A program made the translations under genes and the position numbers. Positions 25,984 through 36,661 of a stretch of DNA of 64,000 nucleotides are shown one piece after another. Below the pieces are notes generated by a model. That model had not been told where the DNA came from and did not search any database. It saw only the letters and a program-made list of their open reading frames with translations. Position 1 is the first letter of the stretch. The number at the start of each line of letters is the position of its first letter. Source of the stretch: an uncultured Prevotellaceae bacterium (GTDB lineage: Bacteria > Bacteroidota > Bacteroidia > Bacteroidales > Bacteroidaceae); the NCBI GenBank assembly GCA_900318775.1, contig ONLY01000010.1, positions 5,620 to 69,619 of the forward strand. Reading direction: 5' to 3'.

Positions 25984-27438
25984 TTACTTCTTTTCGTATT
26001 GATAGCAGCCAGCATCAGGTGCTCCCTTGCGCTCTATGCCATTGATGTCTGCAGGGTAGGCATCCGCGTAAGCCTCTGCGCCTTTCCCTCTGGCCACGGA
26101 AAGAGAATCAAGACGGAAATCATACAGGAAGGAATGCGTGTCGAAGATTCTGAAATTCGAAGACTTATATGTTGCAGAATCTTCCGATTCACCGATGCAA
26201 TCGTGGAAATAGGTCTCGTCGCTCACGTCGGTAAGAAGCACACAATGGTCAAACATCAAGGGGAAGGGCTTCTCTCCATGATTGCCATACACTTCATCGT
26301 CAGCGTATCCTGTAATGAGACAATTATAGAAATTGGCACTCTCAACCAGATGCTCTTCATCATCGATGTAATTGCTTACATACAGAGCATGCCCCCGTTC
26401 TGCCTTCCAGGGGTAAAACTGAGCAAGGGTGCAGTGGTAGAAATCGGCCGTTCCTCCATATATGCTGACGCAATCATACCGTGAATTCGACACTTGCGTG
26501 TTGGCAACGAGTGCTTTCGTGTCTTTCAAGTATAGGCCATATCCCGCCACATTGTGGATGATGGTGTTCTGGATAAGCGCCTTGCCCTTCATGCCGTCGC
26601 ACACCACACCGAAATTGCCGCTGTGGATGTCTGCATAGTTAAGTGTCAAGCCTTGACATGAAGGAGAAAGCCTGATGCCTCCCCATTGGTTTTCCAACCG
26701 GTCATACGGGAGGTAAGGGAACATTTTGTCTGTGCGATCTCCACGGAAGACAACAGGGTTCTCCAGCGTTCCATCCACAATCAAAGTGCCGTGAACAATG
26801 AGGCTTGCGCCATTGTGGAAATAGAATTGGTTGCCCTCCTTGATGTGCCAGACGGTGTTTTCAGCCACCACCAAGCTGTCATAGATCAGGTAAGGCAAGT
26901 CATTCGCTTCCGTTACTTCCTCCGTGTTGTTCAGCACCTTAGCCTTCCATACGTTTGCGTTTTGGCCATAGGCGACCAGTTGTACCTTTTGTTCAACACC
27001 GCTTTCGAGCGTGAAGATGATTGCATCCTCCACTTTCGTCGGTTTCATCGATGGTTGTGTGGGCATATTCACTTTCACGAAAACAAAGGCGCTGTCTTTG
27101 CTATACACTTGTATGTCTTTGATGGTAGCTCCGTTTTGCCCATCCACGTTCATCATAAAGCCCGAAGCCCCTCCTGTCTCAAGTCGCGCGTGCGCAATTC
27201 GCAAACCTTTGCTGTTGCGGTTATAGACACAAAAGCGCTCTGTGGCAGAAGTCACTTCCACAAAGAGTGTATCAAATGATACCGTATCCGTGCTGAACGA
27301 AAGGGTGGAATTACGGTCAGAGGTGAACGCTTCTTCATCGCTGCACGAGCCTGCAAGAAGAGGGAACAGCAATGCTATTCCCCAAATAAGCATATAATGA
27401 GTCTTTCTCTTCATTCCTTCAGTGTCTGTATCTTTCAA
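25984..27438 (-). CDS. Lipoprotein with right-handed parallel beta-helix repeats (start possibly at the MKRKTHY Met, 27414)
   Basis: Lipobox LLAGSC. Repeated beta-helix-like segments (IHNVAGYGLYLKD, NSRYDCVSIYGG, ITGYADDE). Confidence 0.65.
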   Translation of the reverse strand: MKDTDTEGMKRKTHYMLIWGIALLFPLLAGSCSDEEAFTSDRNSTLSFSTDTVSFDTLFVEVTSATERFCVYNRNSKGLRIAHARLETGGASGFMMNVDGQNGATIKDIQVYSKDSAFVFVKVNMPTQPSMKPTKVEDAIIFTLESGVEQKVQLVAYGQNANVWKAKVLNNTEEVTEANDLPYLIYDSLVVAENTVWHIKEGNQFYFHNGASLIVHGTLIVDGTLENPVVFRGDRTDKMFPYLPYDRLENQWGGIRLSPSCQGLTLNYADIHSGNFGVVCDGMKGKALIQNTIIHNVAGYGLYLKDTKALVANTQVSNSRYDCVSIYGGTADFYHCTLAQFYPWKAERGHALYVSNYIDDEEHLVESANFYNCLITGYADDEVYGNHGEKPFPLMFDHCVLLTDVSDETYFHDCIGESEDSATYKSSNFRIFDTHSFLYDFRLDSLSVARGKGAEAYADAYPADINGIERKGAPDAGCYQYEKK

Positions 27439-27813
27439 TCTTCACATTTTACTTCGTTGTTAACTGCTGAAGATTGAGTGCATTATTATAAACGAAATAG
27501 CTCGTTTTTTATTGTACATTGAAGGCGTCTCATTTCACAATGAGGCGCCTTCATTCTCATTTCTTTAGGTATCAGTTTTTTAAGGTAAAAAGATTGTTTT
27601 CAGGATAACAGTGCAAAGATATATGTATTTTGTGAATAGATAATACAATATAAATGTGTTTTTTAACACAAATCGTGTTTTTTCCTTATTTTTTATGAGT
27701 CATCATGCATTGAACAAGGATTTTTCTTCGTAATTTTGCACTCAATATGTATGGCATTACAACATATTTGATGGTTTGAAATACACATTATTTACAATTA
27801 TTATTTATATTGG

Positions 27814-29601
27814 ATGATTATGAGTGCAGAAGTATCTGAAGACATCAAGTTGGAAGAAGGCAAGAAAGAATCGCTCAACTTCATAGAAGAACAGCTTGTA
27901 AAAGACTTAGCTGAAGGTAAAAATGGCAGAAGAATGCAGACGCGTTTTCCCCCAGAGCCCAATGGCTACTTGCATATTGGACACGCCAAGGCCATTGCGC
28001 TTGATTTTGGATTGGCGCAGAAATATGGTGGTGTCTGCAACCTTCGCATGGATGATACCAACCCCCAGAAAGAGGACACCGAATATGTCGAGGCCATCAA
28101 GCGCGACATTGAGTGGCTGGGCTTCAAGTGGGGCAACATCTACTATGCGAGTGACTATTTCCAGAAGTTGTGGGATTTTGCCGTTGCGCTCATCAAGCAG
28201 GGGCGTGCATATGTTGACGAGCAGACTTCTGAGCAGATTGCAGAACAGAAAGGAACGCCTACTCAGCCGGGTGTGAATTCGCCTTACAGAGACCGTCCTG
28301 TAGAAGAGAACCTGCGCCTGTTCAACGAGATGAACTCGGGCAAGATGGAGCCGGGCAAGATGGTGCTCCGTGCCAAGATAGATATGGCTAACCCCAACAT
28401 GCATTTCCGCGACCCCATCATGTATCGTGTGCTGAATATGCCGCATTGGCGTACCGGCACCCAGTGGAATGCGTACCCCATGTATGACTTTACGCATGGC
28501 CAGTGCGACTATTGGGAGGGTGTTACTCACTCATGGTGCACACTTGAATTTGTGAGCCACCGTCCTTTGTACGACTTGTTTGTCGATTGGGCCAAGGAAG
28601 TGGACGGAACAGATCATCCTATTGATGACAATCGTCCTCGTCAGACAGAATTCAATAAGTTGAATTTGACGCACATCCTGCTTTCAAAGCGCAATTTGCT
28701 TGTACTGGTGAAGGAAGGCGTTGTGAATGGCTGGGACGACCCCCGTATGCCTACTATCTGTGGCTTCCGCCGTCGCGGCTATAGCCCTGAAGGCATTCTC
28801 TCGTTCATCAACAAGATTGGCTACACCAAATTTGACGCATTGAACCAGATGTCACTTTTTGAGGCCGCTGTACGTGACGACTTGAATAAGCGAGCTCAGC
28901 GTGTCAGCGCCGTCATCAATCCCGTCAAGCTTGTCATCGCCAATTTCCCAGAAGGGGAGATAGAGGTATATCAGGCTGTCAACAATCCCGAGAACGAAGC
29001 AGATGGAACACACGAGATTGTGTTCAGCCGCGAATTGTGGATTGAGCGCGAGGACTTCATGGAAGAAGCTCCCAAGAAGTTCTTCCGTTTAGGTCCAGGC
29101 AAGCAAGTTCGTCTGAAAAACTCCTACATCATCCAGTGTTCGGAGAACATTGAGGAATGTGTGGTGAAAGATGCCGAAGGAAATATTGTGGAGATTCATG
29201 CCGAGTTGATTCCTGAAACCAAGACAGGTCAGGCCAACAGCGACATGAAAATCAAGGGCAAGACCATTCACTGGGTCAGCTGTCAGCATTGCCTCGAGGC
29301 AGAGGTGAGAAACTATGATCGTCTGTGGATGGTGGAAAATCCGCGTGATGAAGTGGCCGCCTATTCAAAGGAACATGGCGACGTGCGTGGCATCGAAGCG
29401 ATGCGTCCATTCCTGAATCCCAACAGCCTTGAGATTAAAAAGGCGTATGTGGAAGAATGGCTCAAGACGCGCAAGCCCATGGATTACTTGCAGTTCCTGC
29501 GCATTGGCTATTACAACGTAGATCCTGATTCAACCCCTGAGCATCTGGTGTTTAACCGCACGGTAGGATTGACAGATGCCTGGAAAAAGATGAACAAGTA
29601 A
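27814..29601 (+). CDS. glnS: Glutaminyl-tRNA synthetase
   Basis: RFPPEPNGYLHIGHAKA (HIGH), LLSKRNL (KMSKS-like) and class I GlnRS-type length. Confidence 0.93.
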   Translation: MIMSAEVSEDIKLEEGKKESLNFIEEQLVKDLAEGKNGRRMQTRFPPEPNGYLHIGHAKAIALDFGLAQKYGGVCNLRMDDTNPQKEDTEYVEAIKRDIEWLGFKWGNIYYASDYFQKLWDFAVALIKQGRAYVDEQTSEQIAEQKGTPTQPGVNSPYRDRPVEENLRLFNEMNSGKMEPGKMVLRAKIDMANPNMHFRDPIMYRVLNMPHWRTGTQWNAYPMYDFTHGQCDYWEGVTHSWCTLEFVSHRPLYDLFVDWAKEVDGTDHPIDDNRPRQTEFNKLNLTHILLSKRNLLVLVKEGVVNGWDDPRMPTICGFRRRGYSPEGILSFINKIGYTKFDALNQMSLFEAAVRDDLNKRAQRVSAVINPVKLVIANFPEGEIEVYQAVNNPENEADGTHEIVFSRELWIEREDFMEEAPKKFFRLGPGKQVRLKNSYIIQCSENIEECVVKDAEGNIVEIHAELIPETKTGQANSDMKIKGKTIHWVSCQHCLEAEVRNYDRLWMVENPRDEVAAYSKEHGDVRGIEAMRPFLNPNSLEIKKAYVEEWLKTRKPMDYLQFLRIGYYNVDPDSTPEHLVFNRTVGLTDAWKKMNK

Positions 29602-29614
29602 CATTCTCTCATGC

Positions 29615-31243
29615 ATGGCAAAATCATATTTTGATTCGCAGGATTTCAAGAAAATTCTGCAGGCATACGAAGAGCAAGCAGGGCAGCACAAAAGCATCTA
29701 CCTGGATGCTGACGACTTTGCCGACATAGCGGACTATTATCTGAGCGTGAATAGACCTAATCGGGCAATGGAGGCCATTGAGATGGGCTTAGGCATGCAT
29801 CCAGACGATGAGTCGCTGCTGATCGTGAAAGGGGCCACCCATATATATGAGCATGAGTTCGACTTGGCAGAAGAAGTTCTGCAGGCACTTGACCCCGGAA
29901 TTCCTGATGTAATGTATCAGAAGGCCCAGCTGCAGTACACCAAGTATCTGGACCTTCCCAAGGCAGAACAGATTTGGCGCGAATGGATGCGTTTGGATGA
30001 AAACGGGAAGCCGTCCCTGCAAAAGCAGCGTGAGGATTACATTCACATTATATCATCCTTGGCAGAGCTGCGTGACGAAGATGAAATTGAAGACGAGGCG
30101 CTGAAGGGCGAGTCACGCAAAGCTGTACAGAAGTGGATTCACGAATACATCGATACATTCAGCCCCTTGGGCAAATATGAGGAAGATGCACAGTTAGCAG
30201 ATATCTGCAAAGACAACAATCTTCCCGAACTGCTCTGTGATGTGCTCACTCAGGTGCTTGAAGAACAGCCATACCTTCCTCAGGGATGGACAAATTTGGC
30301 TGTAGGCCATCATGTGTTGAAGCACTACGAACAGGCTTTGGAAGCGTGCGACTTTGCTTTGGCAGTTGACCCCAATGACCTTCAAGCCCTGTTGACAAAG
30401 GCACATGCTACCAACGGACTGGATGACAAGCAGGGTGCCAAAGTCCTGTTCAAGGACTACTTGGATAGGGGTGGTGACATCATTCAAATCATTCCATACG
30501 CAGAGATGCTCTTCTTTACGGGTGAAAAAGAGGAAGCATTGAGGCAGCTTGAGCGATTGGAGAAAGTTCTGGACAAGCGCCGTGTGGAGTCAGAAGCCCG
30601 TTTTGAGGCTGTCAAGAAATACCACTCCAGTGAAAAAGAGCGGGTCGCCATCGAGACCATGTTCTTCAATGAAGGCAGGCAGCTCTACACAAAAGCCTAT
30701 ATTGACATCGGTGAGCTGTGCCACAATCATGGCTGCTATCAGGAGAGCATCGCGTGCAACAAGAAAGTGCTCGAAGTAAATCCTGAAAATGCAGACGCTT
30801 ATTTCATGATAGGCATCAATCAATTGTCGCTCAACCACTACGAAACGGCGTCGCGCAATTTCTCCTTGGCGCTTCAGTATTCAAAAGACCAGGTCATGAT
30901 GGGGGTTGACATCGCTTTGACTTTCGTCCTGAATGGCTTCGAGACCTTTGCCCTCGAAGTGCTGGATGCTATCTCAAAGATTGCTTCTCAGAGTGACAGC
31001 AGATTTGTCAAGAACATACCTGCCGCCAAGTCTTTGACATATTTGAAGTTGGGACACTCCGACCTGTTCTTGGAAAACTTCCGCGAAGCGTGCGCGAAGA
31101 CTCCCCGCTTGGTGCGCAACGTCTATGATGGATACTTCCCCAAAGAACTCCCTGTAGCAGAATGGAGCGCTTATGTGGAAAAGGATTTGGACGCCTTCGT
31201 GAAGAAATTCAAGAAAGAGAGTCCTAATATAAAAGGAAAATAG
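29615..31243 (+). CDS. TPR-repeat protein
   Basis: 542-aa helical-repeat sequence with several 34-aa TPR-like units (e.g. AYFMIGINQLSLNHYETASRNFSLALQY). Confidence 0.7.
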   Translation: MAKSYFDSQDFKKILQAYEEQAGQHKSIYLDADDFADIADYYLSVNRPNRAMEAIEMGLGMHPDDESLLIVKGATHIYEHEFDLAEEVLQALDPGIPDVMYQKAQLQYTKYLDLPKAEQIWREWMRLDENGKPSLQKQREDYIHIISSLAELRDEDEIEDEALKGESRKAVQKWIHEYIDTFSPLGKYEEDAQLADICKDNNLPELLCDVLTQVLEEQPYLPQGWTNLAVGHHVLKHYEQALEACDFALAVDPNDLQALLTKAHATNGLDDKQGAKVLFKDYLDRGGDIIQIIPYAEMLFFTGEKEEALRQLERLEKVLDKRRVESEARFEAVKKYHSSEKERVAIETMFFNEGRQLYTKAYIDIGELCHNHGCYQESIACNKKVLEVNPENADAYFMIGINQLSLNHYETASRNFSLALQYSKDQVMMGVDIALTFVLNGFETFALEVLDAISKIASQSDSRFVKNIPAAKSLTYLKLGHSDLFLENFREACAKTPRLVRNVYDGYFPKELPVAEWSAYVEKDLDAFVKKFKKESPNIKGK

Positions 31244-31285
31244 TATCTTTGCACTCAAAATAAGTCAAAACGTTTTCATCATTAT

Positions 31286-32188
31286 ATGGTACACAATAAT
31301 TTCAAAGGTTTGGGCATAGCACTCATCACGCCCTTCACAAAAGATGGCGAGGTGGATTTCACAGCTTTGCGCCGACTGCTCGATTATCAGCTCTCCAATG
31401 GAGTGGATTTCATCTGCCTGTTGGGCACAACAGCTGAGACACCAACGCTTTCAGAGAGTGAGCGCCAGCAAGTGAAAGACCTCGTGGTTGAGAAAGTGAA
31501 CGGACAGGTGCCTATCCTTATGGGGTGTGGAGGCAACAACACGGCTGCAGTCGTAGAGCAAATCAAGAATGGCGACTTCAAGGGAATCGAAGGAATATTG
31601 AGCGTATGTCCCTACTACAACAAGCCTTCTCAGGAAGGGCTCTACCAGCACTTCAAGGCGATTGCAGCCGCAGCGGCAGAACGCAACCTCTCTGTGGTGC
31701 TCTATAATGTTCCAGGACGTGTAGGCGTGAACATGACTGCCGAGACCACCCTGCGCCTGGCCAACGAGTGCGAAAACATTGTAGCCATCAAGGAAGCATC
31801 AGGCAACTTTACCCAGATTGACGACATCATCAAGAATAAGCCCAATAATTTCGATGTGATTTCAGGCGACGACGGCATCACCTTCCCGCTTATCACTTTA
31901 GGGGCCGTAGGTGTCATCTCTGTGATAGGCAATGCGCTTCCGAAAGAATTCAGCCGCATGGTGCGCTTAGCGCTCAATGGCGACTACAACAATGCGCTGA
32001 CCATTCACCACAAGTTCACCGAACTTTTCAAGCTCCTCTTCGTCGATGGCAATCCAGCTGGAGTGAAAGCTATGCTCAACGCGATGGGACTCATCGAGAA
32101 CGAGCTCCGTTTGCCGCTGGTTCCATCACGCATCTCCACGATGGAGAAAATCTCCAACATCGTGAAGGAGCTAAACATCAAGTGCTAA
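31286..32188 (+). CDS. dapA: 4-hydroxy-tetrahydrodipicolinate synthase
   Basis: LLGTTAETPTLS, LYNVPGRVGVN and VAIKEASGN (Schiff-base Lys). Confidence 0.93.
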   Translation: MVHNNFKGLGIALITPFTKDGEVDFTALRRLLDYQLSNGVDFICLLGTTAETPTLSESERQQVKDLVVEKVNGQVPILMGCGGNNTAAVVEQIKNGDFKGIEGILSVCPYYNKPSQEGLYQHFKAIAAAAAERNLSVVLYNVPGRVGVNMTAETTLRLANECENIVAIKEASGNFTQIDDIIKNKPNNFDVISGDDGITFPLITLGAVGVISVIGNALPKEFSRMVRLALNGDYNNALTIHHKFTELFKLLFVDGNPAGVKAMLNAMGLIENELRLPLVPSRISTMEKISNIVKELNIKC

Positions 32189-32662
32189 GAAAGAATCATC
32201 AAAGCTCAAAGGCAGCAAGTCTTTGACCGACGATACAAAATAGATGCTCTGCGTACTGCAGAGCATTATTTTTATAGGGTGCCCTGCACGCAGCTCCGCC
32301 TCCAGCAGCACCTGCCGGCAAGCCCCGCAGGGAGTGATGGGGCGCGTACAGAAGTCGCCGTCCACACCGCGTGCCACAATGCAGATGCTCCTGATAGCCA
32401 GTTCTGGATAGCGCGAGTTGGCATAAAATACGGCAGTCCTTTCGGCACAGAGGCCCGAAGGGTAGGCGGCATTTTCCTGATTGCTGCCCGTCACCACGGT
32501 GCCGTCCTCCAATTCCACAGCCGCACCCACCGAAAAATGAGAGTAGGGCGAATAACTGCGATACGTCGCGCGGCGAGCCTCGCTCACCAGCAGGCGCTCA
32601 GCGTCCGTAAGCTCCGGCTCCTGTTTCACGCCCACACGAATATGGATATCCATCTCTTTCAT
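32171..32662 (-). CDS. cdd: Cytidine deaminase (start at MKEMDI)
   Basis: Zinc motifs CAERTAVF and PCGACRQVL. A TATCTTTG box inside the longer ORF favours the downstream ATG. The 3-prime end overlaps dapA by 18 nt (convergent). Confidence 0.85.
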   Translation of the reverse strand: MKEMDIHIRVGVKQEPELTDAERLLVSEARRATYRSYSPYSHFSVGAAVELEDGTVVTGSNQENAAYPSGLCAERTAVFYANSRYPELAIRSICIVARGVDGDFCTRPITPCGACRQVLLEAELRAGHPIKIMLCSTQSIYFVSSVKDLLPLSFDDSFLALDV

Positions 32663-32807
32663 GCTTGCAAAGATATACAATTCCGCCATTCCATCCAATC
32701 TTTTTACTCATATTTTTGTCTTTCGGTCTTTTCCTTTGTATGTGTGAAATAAATGTCGTAATTTTGCGACATACTTTACAAAGCATCTAAATCATATCAA
32801 ATAATCT

Positions 32808-34286
32808 ATGGCACTTAAAGCATTAAACGCTCGCACGGCTCCGAAGAGCCATGCACCTGAGAGAATTGTCCAGTTTGGAGAGGGAAACTTCCTTCGTTGT
32901 TTTGTGGATTGGATTATCTACAACATGAATCAGAAGACTGACTTCAACTCCTCCGTAGTGGTTGTACAGCCTATCGAGCGAGGCATGGTGGATTGGCTCA
33001 ACGGCCAAGACTGCCTCTATCACGTCAATCTTCAGGGACGCCTGAACGGAGAGAAAGTCAACTCCCTCACACGCATCGACTGCATCAGCCGCGCCCTCAA
33101 TCCATACAGCCAGAATCAGGCCTTCATGGCATTGGCCGAGCAGCCCGAAATCCGTTTCGTCATCAGCAACACCACCGAGGCAGGCATCGCGTTCGATCCG
33201 GCCTGCAAGCTTGCCGATGCACCCGCATCCTCCTATCCTGGCAAACTCACCCAGCTGCTCTATCGCCGCTTCAAGGCCTTCAATGGCGCAGCAGACAAGG
33301 GTTTGATTATCATGCCTTGCGAATTGATATTCCTGAATGGACACCACTTGAAAGAATGCATCTACCAGTACATTGAGCTCTGGAAAGATGACTTCGGTGC
33401 CGACTACGCAGCCTTCAAAGAGTGGTTCACTAAATATAATTATGTCTGCGCAACGCTGGTTGACCGCATTGTTCCGGGCTTCCCACGCAAGGAAATCGCA
33501 GAGATTCAAGAGAAGATTTGCTACGCCGACAACCTTGTTGTGCAGGGCGAAGCCTTCCACCTCTGGGTTATTGAGAAGCCCGAAAACATGGATATCGAAG
33601 CCCTCAAGGCAGAGTTCCCAGCCGAGAAGGCAGGACTCAATGTCCTCATTGCTCCCAGCGAGAAGCCTTACCACGAGCGCAAGGTGACTCTTCTGAATGG
33701 CCCTCACACCGTGCTCTCGCCTGTGGCATACCTCAGCGGCATCAACATCGTGCGCGATGCCTGCAACCATGAGGTCGTGGGCAAGTACATCCACAAGGTG
33801 CAGTTTGAAGAGCTGATGCAGACGCTCAACCTTCCGATGGAAGAGCTGCAGCAGTTTGCCACCGACGTGCTCGAACGCTTCAACAACCCCTATGTCGACC
33901 ATCAGGTCACCAGCATCATGCTCAACTCTTTCCCCAAGTACGAGACACGCGACCTCCCCGGCGTGAAAGTCTATCTTGAGCGCAAGGGCGAACTTCCTCA
34001 GGGCCTTGTCTTCGGACTTGCCGCCATCATCACCTACTACAAGGGTGGCACACGTGCCGACGGAGCTCCCATCGAGCCTAACGACGCACCCGAAATCATG
34101 CAGATGCTCAAAGACCTGTGGGCAACCGGCGACACTCAGAAAGTGGCAGAAGGAGTGCTTGCGGCCGAGAACATCTGGCACGAGAACCTCAACAACACCG
34201 TGCCAGGACTCACCGCACTCGTCAAGAAAGACCTCGACCTCATTCAGGAGAAAGGCATGCTCGAAGCCGTCAAGACCATTCTTTAA
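32808..34286 (+). CDS. uxaB: Tagaturonate reductase (altronate oxidoreductase)
   Basis: Collinear with E. coli UxaB as I recall it: PERIVQFGEGNFLRCFVDW, FVISNTTEAGI, STLVDRIVPGFPR, YHERKVTLLNGPHT. Confidence 0.88.
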   Translation: MALKALNARTAPKSHAPERIVQFGEGNFLRCFVDWIIYNMNQKTDFNSSVVVVQPIERGMVDWLNGQDCLYHVNLQGRLNGEKVNSLTRIDCISRALNPYSQNQAFMALAEQPEIRFVISNTTEAGIAFDPACKLADAPASSYPGKLTQLLYRRFKAFNGAADKGLIIMPCELIFLNGHHLKECIYQYIELWKDDFGADYAAFKEWFTKYNYVCATLVDRIVPGFPRKEIAEIQEKICYADNLVVQGEAFHLWVIEKPENMDIEALKAEFPAEKAGLNVLIAPSEKPYHERKVTLLNGPHTVLSPVAYLSGINIVRDACNHEVVGKYIHKVQFEELMQTLNLPMEELQQFATDVLERFNNPYVDHQVTSIMLNSFPKYETRDLPGVKVYLERKGELPQGLVFGLAAIITYYKGGTRADGAPIEPNDAPEIMQMLKDLWATGDTQKVAEGVLAAENIWHENLNNTVPGLTALVKKDLDLIQEKGMLEAVKTIL

Positions 34287-34362
34287 GGCTTCACCACATA
34301 CAAAAAGAATAAGGGGCTGTATCATTGCGATACAGCCCCTTGTTTCTGGTTGTCTGTCTCCG

Positions 34363-36219
34363 TTAAATCAGCTCAATGCTTCTCTTCACGAAGTTGTTCA
34401 GCGCCTCGCCCCTCAGCAGGCCATTCTGCAAGAGAGCCAAGTCAATCAGCTGGCTCACCACCTCAGCCTTCGCGTCCTTGATGCTCTGCTTGATGAGCGG
34501 GTGATCCGTGTTCAGCACCAGGTTCAGCATCGTAGGCATCTCGCCATAGAACGCCATGCCTGGCTGCAGGCGCGACATATCCTTCATGCGTCGCATATAC
34601 TCGCTCTGCGTCATGATGACAGGAGCTGCGCCCTCGCCCAGAGCCTGAGGCTCCACGTTGAACTCAATCTTCTCCAGCTTCGGCAGCGCGTTCTTAAACG
34701 TCTCCGTCAGCGCCTTCTTGTCATCCTCAGGCAGCTCCTCCTTCTTCTCGTCGCTCTTCACAATCAGTTTGTCCACTACGTCAGAATCCACACGCGTGAA
34801 TCTGCTCTTCTCAAACTTCTCCTCAAAGAGGTTGCACATAGCAGGATCCAGCTGGCCATCCATCAGCAGCACATTGTAGCCCTTCGCGTTCGCAGCGGCA
34901 ATATAGCTGTACTGGTCATCCTTATTGTTCGCGTAGAGATAAATCAGATTGCCGTCCTTATCCGTCTGCTCGCCCTTAATCAGCGTCTGGTACTCCTCAA
35001 ACGTGTACTTCTTGCCCTCCGTGTCCTTCAGCAGCGCAAAGTTCTTCGCCTTGTCATAGAAGTCCGTCTCGCTGAGCATTCCGTAATTGATGAAAATCTT
35101 GATGTCATCCCACTTCTCCTCAAACTGCGCGCGGTCGCTCTTGAAGATAGATGACAGCCTGTCGCTCACCTTCTTCGAGATATACGTGGAAATCTTCTTC
35201 ACGTTCGAGTCGCTCTGCAGATAGCTGCGGCTCACGTTCAGCGGAATGTCTGGCGAGTCAATCACGCCATGCAGGAGCGTCATGAAGTCAGGCACGATGC
35301 CCTCCACATTATCCGTCACAAACACCTGGTTGCAGTACAAGTTAATCTTGTTCTTCTGAATGTCCAGATTCGTCTTCACCTTCGGGAAGTAGAGAATGCC
35401 CGTCAGGTTGAAAGGATAATCCACATTCAGGTGAATCCAGAACAGAGGCTCGTCGCTCATCGGATAGAGCTTCTTGTAGAACTCCTTATAATCCTCATCC
35501 TTCAGCTCGGCAGGCTTGCGTGTCCAGAGTGGGGTAGTGTCATTAATCACCTCGTCCTCATCCGTCTCCACGCTCTTCTTCTCCTTGTCGTCCCACTTCG
35601 TCTTCTTGCCGAAAGCCACAGGCACAGGGAGGAACTTGCAGTACTTGTTCAGCAGCTCGCTAATCTTATACTTCTCCAGGAAATCCTTGCAGTCATCATC
35701 AATATACATCACGATGTCCGTGCCGCGGTCAGCCTTCTCTGCCTCCTCAATCGTGAACGAAGGACTGCCGTCGCAGCTCCACTTCACAGCCTTCGAGCCT
35801 TCCTTCCAGCTCTTCGTGATGATTTCCACCTTCTTGCTCACCATAAACGAAGAGTAGAAGCCCAAGCCAAAGTGGCCGATGATGGCATTCGCATCCTCCT
35901 TGTACTTATCCAGGAAGTCATTCGCGCCCGAGAAAGCAATCTGATTGATGTACTTGTCAATCTCCTCCTCAGTCATGCCGATGCCGCGGTCGCTGACCGT
36001 CAGCGTGCCAGCCTCCTTGTTCACCGACACGTGCACCGTCAAGTCGCCAGCCTCCTCTTTCAGTTCGCCCTTGCTGGCCAGCGTCTTCAGCTTCTGGGTG
36101 GCATCCACCGCATTGCTCACAATCTCGCGGATAAAAATATCATGGTCGCTATAGAGAAACTTTTTGATGACGGGGAAAATATTCTCAGTCGTAACCCCGA
36201 TGTTACCTTGTTGAGCCAT
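34363..36219 (-). CDS. htpG: Molecular chaperone HtpG (Hsp90)
   Basis: 618 aa. GHKL N-domain EIVSNAVDA, DRGIGMT and GHFGLGFYS. Confidence 0.95.
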   Translation of the reverse strand: MAQQGNIGVTTENIFPVIKKFLYSDHDIFIREIVSNAVDATQKLKTLASKGELKEEAGDLTVHVSVNKEAGTLTVSDRGIGMTEEEIDKYINQIAFSGANDFLDKYKEDANAIIGHFGLGFYSSFMVSKKVEIITKSWKEGSKAVKWSCDGSPSFTIEEAEKADRGTDIVMYIDDDCKDFLEKYKISELLNKYCKFLPVPVAFGKKTKWDDKEKKSVETDEDEVINDTTPLWTRKPAELKDEDYKEFYKKLYPMSDEPLFWIHLNVDYPFNLTGILYFPKVKTNLDIQKNKINLYCNQVFVTDNVEGIVPDFMTLLHGVIDSPDIPLNVSRSYLQSDSNVKKISTYISKKVSDRLSSIFKSDRAQFEEKWDDIKIFINYGMLSETDFYDKAKNFALLKDTEGKKYTFEEYQTLIKGEQTDKDGNLIYLYANNKDDQYSYIAAANAKGYNVLLMDGQLDPAMCNLFEEKFEKSRFTRVDSDVVDKLIVKSDEKKEELPEDDKKALTETFKNALPKLEKIEFNVEPQALGEGAAPVIMTQSEYMRRMKDMSRLQPGMAFYGEMPTMLNLVLNTDHPLIKQSIKDAKAEVVSQLIDLALLQNGLLRGEALNNFVKRSIELI

Positions 36220-36245
36220 AATGCTATTTTTGATTGATCAATTTA

Positions 36246-36253
36246 CAAAATTA
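36246..36253 (-). promoter_or_regulatory. -7 box TAATTTTG upstream of htpG
   Basis: Reverse complement of caaaatta, ~30 nt upstream of the start. Confidence 0.45.
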
Positions 36254-36603
36254 AATACCATCCTTCATAAAGAGCAAAAGCAATGCCAGCCATCATGCCA
36301 ACTGACATTTTGTCGGAGCGTCCACACATTTGTCAGTGTTACGTTCCCCCATCCCAAGCGGTGTCGTCTGCTGTCGGTTCATGATTTATGGTTCATGGTT
36401 CATTTCAAAACACATCGCGCAAGCCCCGAGCCACTCAAGGCTCTACTATTTCTGGGCTTTGCCCCAAGATTTTTATTTTTTTTTGATTGATTTCTTGCGC
36501 AGCAAAAAAGCCACTCGATAGCCGCTCAAGGCCTTTCTTCGTGCTATTGACTCCGTCGAGCTAAAGGTTCGTGCTATTCGTTTTCGTCCGAAGTCCGAAA
36601 ACA

Positions 36604-36639
36604 AGAAACGGGCAGCCATTGTGTTGGCTACCCGTTTCT
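36604..36639 (-). terminator. Intrinsic terminator after the decarboxylase operon
   Basis: Arms AGAAACGGGCAGCCA / TGGCTACCCGTTTCT, then the U-rich tract UUGUUUUCGG on the minus strand. Confidence 0.6.
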
Positions 36640-36661
36640 TTATAGAGTGATGTATGTTGTC

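Noticed and set aside
25858-26484. 208-aa plus-strand ORF downstream of dnaB
   Set aside because: Most of it is antisense to the beta-helix lipoprotein gene. It has no promoter box and no recognisable domains.
32823-34325. 500-aa minus-strand ORF covering the whole of uxaB
   Set aside because: It is in exact codon register with uxaB (the offset is a multiple of 3). It is open only because uxaB uses no TTA, CTA or TCA codons, whose complements are stops. The sense protein is collinear with E. coli UxaB, whereas the antisense translation is Leu/Val/Gly/Asp-rich with no recognisable motif. It is a shadow ORF caused by codon bias.
33976-36237. 392-aa and 322-aa plus-strand ORFs (33976-35154, 35269-36237) opposite htpG
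   Set aside because: Both are in codon register with htpG and have repetitive Leu/Arg/His/Val-rich translations. HtpG on the other strand has all the GHKL/Hsp90 motifs. The explanation is the same codon-bias shadow effect.
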